Part shown: positions 1 to 6,241 of the stretch, in pieces | How the letters are laid out: each line of letters starts with the position of its first letter | Position numbering within the stretch: the stretch's first letter is position 1 | NCBI GenBank assembly: GCA_038245295.1 | Contig: JBBRSP010000058.1 | Location: 1-13,410 of the forward strand | Length of the DNA stretch: 13,410 nt | Source: Candidatus Binatia bacterium | Lineage (GTDB): Bacteria > Desulfobacterota > Binatia > HRBIN30 | Direction: 5' to 3' | Position numbers and translations under genes: made by a program | The notes under the pieces: generated by a model | Told to the model about the DNA's origin: nothing | Seen by the model: the letters and a program-made list of their open reading frames with translations, nothing else | The model's database searches: none

Positions 1-342
1 GACACCGAGAGAACCCGCCGCGGCCACACGCGCGCGCCGGGAATCGTCGCGGCGCGCCGGATGTACCGCAACACCGGATAAGCAGCGCGGGCCTCACCAG
101 GCCCTCCCTGAGACCCGCGATACAATCCGCAACCTGCCAAGCCACCGCCTTTCGGCGCCTGCGCGCCGCCTTGCCCCCGCCCAGCGATTTCGCCCTCCTC
201 AACCGCACCCTGCGGCGATGTTCGAGCTCAAACACCCGCCCCACCAAGCCACCTACCCGGTCGCGCCTGTCAAAGTGCCCGCAAGATTACCCCCCGCGGC
301 ATCCAGCGACCGGGACCAGCGGGCTGCGCTGCCCACGAGTGG

Positions 343-1779
343 GTGTCTATGGAAGCTTTTCTGAGCCGTTTGTCCTTGGACCGCACGGTACGCGAGTTGC
401 TGATCGGCGAAGGAGTTCTCATTGATCCAATCGGCGCCATCGTCGCGATCATGGCAGCGGAATATGTCGTCGGCCGGTCGGAGATCTGGGAGGCTGGCTG
501 GCTGGTCCTTGTTCGACTTGGAATCGGCGGCTTGGCCGGGGGTGTTGCCGGGGGTGTTTTGATCGCCATCCTGCGACGCGATTGGATCCCTGACCCCTTG
601 CGCAACCCCACGATCCTCGCGGCCCTTTTGCTCACAGCCTCTGTGGCAAGCGGACTATCTTCCGAGGCTGGGCTGCTGGCGGCCGTGGTCCAGGGCGTGG
701 TGATGGCAAACGCCGGACTGCGCGACCTGGGGCCCCTGCGCCAGTTCAAGGAGGAACTCACCGTCCTTCTGCTTTCGTTCATTTTCATCCTGCTGGCTGC
801 CAGCCTCTCCCTCGACGCCGTGCGGGCTTTGGGTTGGCAGGCCCTTCTGGTGGCGGCCGTGGTTGCGTGGGTGGCACGCCCCATCGCCGTGCTGCTTTGC
901 ACGATAGGCAGCGGTCTGAGCATGCCTCAACGGCTTTTCGTGTCATGGATTTGCCCACGCGGGATCGTCGCAGCCGCGGTAGCTGGCTTGTTCGGTATCC
1001 TGCTCAATGAGGCGCAGATTCCTGGTGGCGACCAGCTCGAAGCCTTGGTCTTCGTCACGGTTGCGTTCACGGTCACCGTACAAGGTTTGACAGCTGGTAT
1101 CGTCGCGAGACGCCTGGGAGTCGACCTTCCAATCTTGCAGGGGACAATCATCGTCGGCGCTGATCATCTCGGCAAGCTTTTGGCGCACCTGTTGGTTGCC
1201 CGGGGCCGTCAAGTTGCCCTGATCGACAGAAATCCGCAGCATTGCGCCAGCGCCAGGGTCGAGGGGCTCCCGGTGTACAACGGCGACGCGTTGGCGATCG
1301 AATGCCTGGAGGAAGCCGGTGCACGGTACGCCGACACGTGTTTGGCGGCGACTCGCAATCAGGAGCTCAACACACTCATTGGACAACGCGTGCAAAGCAA
1401 TTTTCGTGTTGAGCGAATCCTCGCCGTCGGTCGAGGACCGGGGGTGGTCCCCGAGGTGGCGCCCTTTCCAGGGGCGTTCCCCGGCCTCGACGAGACCAAT
1501 CATCAGCTGCGCGCCGGTCAGGCTCACATTGTTGAGTACGAGGTACCAAGCGGCAACTGGGTGGCTCATCGTCTTGACGAACTGCCATACGGCGCAGGCG
1601 AGTTTGCCCTCCTGCTCGTGCGCCGCGAACAAGCGTATATCGCCAGCGCCGATCAGACCGTCGAGGTTGGAGATCGTCTGCTGTGCCTATCGACGCGGGC
1701 CGACCCGAGTGCGCTTCGATCGTCGCTCATCGTTCGGCGCGACATCGACACGGACCACCTAGGCAGGATCTCCGGATAA
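343..1779 (+). CDS. CPA1/NhaP-type cation:proton antiporter with C-terminal TrkA-N/RCK domain; 5'-truncated, probably a pseudogene
   Basis: Multiple hydrophobic helices with CPA1 motifs 'LIGEGVLIDPIGA', 'SSEAGLLAAVVQG', 'WICPRGIVAAAVA' and 'TVTVQGLT', followed by a Rossmann-like 'IIVGADHLG...LIDRN...VYNGDA' RCK domain. The ORF begins just after where the 'TGPTV' helix is expected, so the first several TM helices appear absent. Upstream DNA does not read as antiporter sequence. Confidence 0.85.
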   Translation: MSMEAFLSRLSLDRTVRELLIGEGVLIDPIGAIVAIMAAEYVVGRSEIWEAGWLVLVRLGIGGLAGGVAGGVLIAILRRDWIPDPLRNPTILAALLLTASVASGLSSEAGLLAAVVQGVVMANAGLRDLGPLRQFKEELTVLLLSFIFILLAASLSLDAVRALGWQALLVAAVVAWVARPIAVLLCTIGSGLSMPQRLFVSWICPRGIVAAAVAGLFGILLNEAQIPGGDQLEALVFVTVAFTVTVQGLTAGIVARRLGVDLPILQGTIIVGADHLGKLLAHLLVARGRQVALIDRNPQHCASARVEGLPVYNGDALAIECLEEAGARYADTCLAATRNQELNTLIGQRVQSNFRVERILAVGRGPGVVPEVAPFPGAFPGLDETNHQLRAGQAHIVEYEVPSGNWVAHRLDELPYGAGEFALLLVRREQAYIASADQTVEVGDRLLCLSTRADPSALRSSLIVRRDIDTDHLGRISG

Positions 1780-1886
1780 CCGCCTCGGACGAATACGTCT
1801 CGATCCGGTCGTGATCGAGTCGCTCACCCTGGTGGTTGGCCCGGACAAACACCCGATTTATCTCAGAGGTCGATCTGCGCACCGAT

Positions 1887-3773
1887 CTAGATCACTTGAT
1901 TCGAAGGGATGTTGTAAAATTTCGTTGGTGGCAGGGCGTTGCGCGCCATCAAGGCGAACAGTTTCTCGCGCCACAGCGCCATGCCGGGGCGGTTGGTGAC
2001 GATTAACGTTTCGCGACCCAGAAAAAAGGTCGTCGTCATGGGATCGAGATCCAGCCCACCGTTGCGGGCCTGGTCGATCGCATCCGGGATGTCGGGATCT
2101 TCCATAAACCCGTAGCGCACGACGAAGCGCCAGAACCCGGCGGCCAGTGGTTGCAAATCCACGCGCTCTGCGGACGGAATCCGCGGTACCTCGGCCGTAA
2201 CCACGGTGAGGAGCACGACCCGGTCGTGTACCACCTTGTTGTGCTTGAGATTGTGCAGCAACGCGGCAGGCACCCCATAGGCGCGGCTGGACAGAAACAC
2301 GGCGGTCCCCGGTACACGCAGCGGCGGATTAGCGGCAATGTCCTCCAGAAAAAGTTTCACAGGTAGTTCGCCTATGTGCAGACGTTCGGCGAGGATCTGG
2401 CGGCCGCGCTTCCACGTCGAGAGCAGCGTAAAGACAGCACCGGCGACTAGCAGCGGAACCCAGCCACCATGTTCGATCTTGGCCACATTGGCAATGAAGA
2501 ACGCGACGTCGACAATCAACAGCCCGGTTGCCAACGGCAGGGCTACCCAACGGCTCCACAACCAAAGCTCACGGGTTACTTCGTAGAGCAGGAGGGTGGT
2601 GATGATCATCGTCAAGGTGACGGCGATCCCATAGGCAGCGGCAAGTCGACTTGATGAACCGAAGCCGACCACCAGTCCGATGGTGGCCAGCATCAGAGCC
2701 CAGTTAATGAAGGGAATATAGATTTGCCCAATGGCGTGCGGCGATGAGTGCTTGATGTTCATTCGTGGGCTGAACCCAAGTTGAATGGCCTGGCGAGTCA
2801 GCGAAAAACACCCCGAGATTACCGCCTGAGACGCAATGACGGTGGCCGCCGTCGCTAGTACCACGAGCGGAACCACCGCCCAGTCGGGTGCCAACAAGTA
2901 GAATGGACTCTGCGTCGCGGTTGGGTCTGCCAGCAGCAAGGCTCCCTGGCCAAAGTAATTGAGCAGCAACGCGGGCAACACAACGGCAAACCATGCGGCG
3001 CGGATCGGTTGTTTGCCGAAGTGGCCCATGTCGGCGTACAGAGCTTCGCCGCCGGTTACGACGAGGAAAACAGCGCCCAGGACAAGCAGCCCGTGTATGC
3101 CGTTGCGCTCGAAAAAGTGCAGCGCATGCCAGGGGTTCAGCGCTGCTAGCACTCGTGGTTCTTGCCGGATGCCGTTGAGACCGAGGAGCGCGATGGTGAC
3201 GAACCAGACCAGGGTGATCGGACCGAACAGGCGGCCGACTCGCATCGTGCCGAGCGGTTGCACCAGGAACAGTGCAACGAGGACGGCGATCGTCAGCGGA
3301 ATCACGTAGGGCTGCAGCGACGGAGCCGCGACCTCGATGCCCTCTATGGCGCTCAGCACGGAAATTGCGGGGGTGATCATCCCGTCACCGTAGAGCAGGG
3401 CGCCGCCGAACAGTCCGAGACCAATCAGTATCCAGCGGTCACCCTTCTGTTCTGACTTCGAACGGATCAACGCGACGAGCGCCAGGATCCCGCCCTCGCC
3501 ACGGTTGTCGGCGCGCATGACGAGGGCCAGGTACTTGAACGAGATGACCACCATCAACGACCAGAAGATGAGCGAAAGGATCGCCAATACATTTGCGGCA
3601 GACGTGGCCACGGCGTGCTCGCCGTAAAAGCATTCCCGCACGGCGTAAAGCGGACTTGTGCCGACATCACCGTAAACGATGCCAAGCGCGCCTAGCGCCA
3701 AGGCCGAGAGGGTCGGGTGCGCGATGGAATCCGTCCGCTGAGCCGCCGCGACCGCCGCAGTCTCCTTACCCAC
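1887..3773 (-). CDS. kup: KUP/HAK/KT potassium uptake transporter; premature TAG removes the last 8 residues (conserved frame continues to TGA at 1863-1865)
   Basis: Signature motifs 'LGIVYGDVGTSPLY', 'ADNRGEGG', 'YGDGMITPAISVLSA', 'TGGEALYADMGHFG', 'NYFGQGA', 'GQIYIP', 'HNLKHNKVVH', 'YGFME'. GTG at 3773 (GGTGGGG upstream) is preferred over ATG at 3869, which adds a non-homologous-looking leader. Confidence 0.95.
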   Translation of the reverse strand: MGKETAAVAAAQRTDSIAHPTLSALALGALGIVYGDVGTSPLYAVRECFYGEHAVATSAANVLAILSLIFWSLMVVISFKYLALVMRADNRGEGGILALVALIRSKSEQKGDRWILIGLGLFGGALLYGDGMITPAISVLSAIEGIEVAAPSLQPYVIPLTIAVLVALFLVQPLGTMRVGRLFGPITLVWFVTIALLGLNGIRQEPRVLAALNPWHALHFFERNGIHGLLVLGAVFLVVTGGEALYADMGHFGKQPIRAAWFAVVLPALLLNYFGQGALLLADPTATQSPFYLLAPDWAVVPLVVLATAATVIASQAVISGCFSLTRQAIQLGFSPRMNIKHSSPHAIGQIYIPFINWALMLATIGLVVGFGSSSRLAAAYGIAVTLTMIITTLLLYEVTRELWLWSRWVALPLATGLLIVDVAFFIANVAKIEHGGWVPLLVAGAVFTLLSTWKRGRQILAERLHIGELPVKLFLEDIAANPPLRVPGTAVFLSSRAYGVPAALLHNLKHNKVVHDRVVLLTVVTAEVPRIPSAERVDLQPLAAGFWRFVVRYGFMEDPDIPDAIDQARNGGLDLDPMTTTFFLGRETLIVTNRPGMALWREKLFALMARNALPPTKFYNIPSNQVI

Positions 3774-3986
3774 GCGGCAGACCCCACCGTTTCTGCGCGG
3801 CTCCCAAAAAACAGCGGGCGTCTGTGGACTTCTTCCTATCTGCTCGCATAGCTCGTGATGCTTCAACATTTGAGGTGGTTGCGGTCAAGCGCCTGCGGTC
3901 GTGGCCGGTGTTTGCGCCAGCGCAAGCAGCGGCCTTCCTGCACCCGTACCCGGGGCTGTAATCTCATGCCATTAAGGAGGCAGGAG

Positions 3987-4196
3987 ATGAGCCATATCGT
4001 CGATTCACAGCATGACAACCGACCGGCCGCCAGCCGGCGTTTCTACCGCCTGCGTTACCGCGATCGGCGCCTGGTGAAGACTGGTAATTGCCGGCTGAAA
4101 TACCGTGAGTACACGCTACGCCCCAATCTCGCTCGCACGGCGATCGCCGTGTTGAGACAACTGGTGCGCGAAGGACCGCGTTGGGATCAGTCTTGA
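3987..4196 (+). CDS. Hypothetical small Arg-rich protein (69 aa)
   Basis: Perfect Shine-Dalgarno TAAGGAGG (3973-3980) 6 nt before ATG 3987. Open frame MSHIVDSQ...GPRWDQS to TGA 4196, in otherwise empty intergenic space and divergent from kup. No recognised family. Confidence 0.5.
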   Translation: MSHIVDSQHDNRPAASRRFYRLRYRDRRLVKTGNCRLKYREYTLRPNLARTAIAVLRQLVREGPRWDQS

Positions 4197-4203
4197 GCGG
4201 CTG

Positions 4204-4258
4204 AGGTGGGACGCGAGCCGGGAATTACTTTCCCTGGGTCCCGGCTGCGTGGTTACCT
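4204..4258. terminator. GC-rich hairpin between convergent genes, possible bidirectional terminator
   Basis: AGCCGGGA (4216-4223) pairs with TCCCGGCT (4239-4246), extended by ACGC/GCGT and AGGT/ACCT. There is no clear U-tract. Confidence 0.3.
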
Positions 4259-4337
4259 GAGATTCTTCCCTCGGAGCTCGTCGTCTTCAGCTGAGTCCGC
4301 TCAGCCTCGATTTTTCGCCTCGGCAGATCGGTGAGTC

Positions 4338-4829
4338 TTACGAGTCGCGTACGCCCAGCGCGACCATGGGGAGCAATTCGGCCGCTGCGGCCAACTGTTC
4401 GGCGGTTCCGTCGAGCGGAATTTTCAACACCGGTGCGATGAGGCGGGCGGCGAATGGGTGGTGGCGCCGGTATGCCAGCAGTTCCAAAGTGGTTGCGTCG
4501 GTTGAGAGCTCGCGGGCGATAACCAGCGCGTGCCGACGCCCAACCTGCACGCGAGCGATGGGTGCGGCGAGCACGTTCTGGAACCAGTCCGTCTGCCGGC
4601 CGAAGCCAGCGATGATGATGTAGGTGTCGCTCGGTTGGTCGTAACGCACCACCTCGAGCACGGTCTGTCGTTGCTGTCCGGTCTTGCGACCGACGTGCTC
4701 CAGCAGGACAAACCGTCCGCCAAGCAACCACCCCAGTCGCCACCGATAGAGAGCGATTGGCAATCGGTACATCCAGCGTGCCATCCTGCCGGGCCGCCGC
4801 GGCGCGCTCTTTTCGAGTACTTTTCCCAT
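4338..4829 (-). CDS. Deazaflavin (F420)-dependent oxidoreductase, Ddn/nitroreductase-type (FDOR-A, DUF385-like)
   Basis: Motifs 'LYRWRLGWLLGGRFVLLEHVGRKTGQQRQTVL', 'IIIAGFGRQTDWFQNVLAAP', 'VQVGRR...AREL'. ATG at 4829 lies just after the upstream TGA; the alternative TTG at 4835 overlaps that stop. Confidence 0.88.
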   Translation of the reverse strand: MGKVLEKSAPRRPGRMARWMYRLPIALYRWRLGWLLGGRFVLLEHVGRKTGQQRQTVLEVVRYDQPSDTYIIIAGFGRQTDWFQNVLAAPIARVQVGRRHALVIARELSTDATTLELLAYRRHHPFAARLIAPVLKIPLDGTAEQLAAAAELLPMVALGVRDS

Positions 4830-4831
4830 GC

Positions 4832-5923
4832 TCAACCCGCTTCGCAGCGATCAGCCGCTCGCTTCGTCGCGCGCTTTCCCAACATGTTGAGCTTGAATCG
4901 GCGAATTAGTTCGGGGCCAACCTTGCGGCCGTCCGGCGCTGCGAAGGAAAGTGCGTCTTGCGGGCATTGCACCAGACACGCGCCGCAGCGGATGCAAGCA
5001 TTGGCACGGGCGATCGACACCTTGGAAGCGGCAGGCAATTTTTCGAAGACGGCCTCGGGGCAGACAGCCCAGCAATTGTAGGCACCGCTGCAGCGTTCGA
5101 CATCGAGCACGACCTGGAAATCCTTCTCGTCGAGTAGTCCGGCCGGTGCGGTCGGGCTTGAGCCTGCGTAATCCACGGTCAGGATCATGAGGATGATCAG
5201 CGCTACCCCATTCCAAGCGAGCCGAGAGATACTCGAAAACGGCTGGGCGAGCGCCAACGTCGCGCTGACCGCCGTCGCCGTCGCCGCCGCGAAGACCAAC
5301 CGGCGTCCGAAATCGCCCAACGGCAGGCGGTCGAAGAGAAAGAACACTGCCAACGAAAGGGCCCAAACGAGCAGCGCCACGCCGGCGCCGTGATGCCAGT
5401 ACCACCCTGCCAGGCCGGCGACGAGCGAAATCGGCGCTGCCCAGGCCGCGGTCATCTTCACCCGCTGCCGCGTGTCGAAGCGTACCAACCGCATGGCCTG
5501 TGTCTTCTGTTTTTCGGCGGCGAGATACGCGGAGATGTCTCGGGCGTCGGCGGGACCGAAGCGCACGATCCAGCCACTACGCCGCCGCACCTCCTTCGCC
5601 TCGACTCCGGTGGCGGCGAGTTGCGGCACGATTACCTCTCGATGTGTGACCCGTTCTTCGAGGCGTGCCACCTTGAGGGCCGTAACAACCTGATGTGTAC
5701 CGAGGTGGCCGCCCGAGGCGGCGCACCAGACGTTAACACCGTGGGAGTTTGCCACCACGAGGTAGGCATCGAGTCCACGCAGGGATCGCAGCACCCGGCG
5801 AACGGTGAGATCGTAATTGCCGGTGACGAACACCGGGCTCATACGATCTGGTTTGCCGACGACGCGCACCCCGGTTCGCGGCGGATAGCCCGGATTAAAG
5901 CCCGATTTGGTCGTGAGCCACAT
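4832..5923 (-). CDS. Fused HgcAB-like protein: CdhD/HgcA-type corrinoid-binding domain + ~4 TM helices + ferredoxin domain
   Basis: 'GKPDRMSPVFVTGNYDLTV', cap-helix-like 'GVNVWCAASGG', 'VIVPQLAATGV', 'FGPADARDI', a hydrophobic mid-section, then 'CSGAYNCWAVCP' and 'CIRCGACLVQCP'. The first ~14 codons (MWLTTKSGFNPGYP) lie inside the 104-bp repeat. Confidence 0.88.
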   Translation of the reverse strand: MWLTTKSGFNPGYPPRTGVRVVGKPDRMSPVFVTGNYDLTVRRVLRSLRGLDAYLVVANSHGVNVWCAASGGHLGTHQVVTALKVARLEERVTHREVIVPQLAATGVEAKEVRRRSGWIVRFGPADARDISAYLAAEKQKTQAMRLVRFDTRQRVKMTAAWAAPISLVAGLAGWYWHHGAGVALLVWALSLAVFFLFDRLPLGDFGRRLVFAAATATAVSATLALAQPFSSISRLAWNGVALIILMILTVDYAGSSPTAPAGLLDEKDFQVVLDVERCSGAYNCWAVCPEAVFEKLPAASKVSIARANACIRCGACLVQCPQDALSFAAPDGRKVGPELIRRFKLNMLGKRATKRAADRCEAG

Positions 5924-5984
5924 AAAGGGTAAGTATCGGACGATGTTCGAAGGGTCGAATCATGCACTGGCGACCGTATACGGC
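5881..5984. repeat. 104-bp direct repeat, copy 1
   Basis: GCGGATAGCCCGGATT...GGCGACCGTATACGGC matches 11732-11835 with mismatches only at 5898/11749 and 5924/11775. Confidence 0.97.
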
Positions 5985-6178
5985 ATCATCAACTGCACGG
6001 CCTGGCCGAACCAACCGTAGTGATCGACAAGCGCGGCGGCCATCAGCATGCCGAAGACGAGGCCGACGCTGAACCGGGCGGCGCCGACGCGCGGCACCGC
6101 GTAGGCGGCCGCGCAGATCACCAAGACGCCGCAGAAACCGCCGATCAGCTGCGACCACGCAGCGCGTCCAAGAGTCGG
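5960..6178 (-). pseudogene. Remnant of a YdcZ-type DMT-superfamily small membrane transporter (C-terminal part only)
   Basis: Hand translation of the minus strand gives PTLGRAAWSQLIGGFCGVLVICAAAYAVPRVGAARFSVGLVFGMLMAAALVDHYGWFGQAVQLMMPYTVASA*. This fits the YdcZ pattern 'W...GG..G......PRLG...........DHFGWFG'. There is no start upstream of the homologous part, and the last TM helix is lost in the repeat. Confidence 0.7.
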
Positions 6179-6241
6179 CGCGCGGCACGCGTCGGGTTTC
6201 CCGAAGGGATCGTACGACCCCTCGTCAGACCGGATGCGATG

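Noticed and set aside
1799..1819. 7-bp hairpin CTCGATC/GATCGAG between the convergent antiporter and kup genes
   Set aside because: Short stem with no U-tract on either strand; too weak to call a terminator.
1887..1889. Genome-wide TAG reassignment
   Set aside because: No other in-frame TAG interrupts any gene, including the 1816-codon ORF; a single GAG>TAG change explains it.
3826..3841. GGACTTCTTCCTATC resembling an IS91/ISCR oriIS end
   Set aside because: Short, imperfect match with no IS91-type transposase or associated hairpins nearby.
4832..5923. Calling this a bona fide mercury methylation hgcA/hgcB locus
   Set aside because: Fused architecture, AASGG instead of AAGK, and no HgcB terminal Cys pair; fused homologs have not been shown to methylate Hg.
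5949..5976. tRNA 3'-end look-alike in the 104-bp repeat (GGGTCGAATCATGCACTGGCGACCG), suggesting attL/attR of a tRNA-targeting island
   Set aside because: The T-stem pairs poorly (GAAGG/CATGC), there is no TTC loop start or CCA, no cloverleaf upstream, and no integrase in the window.
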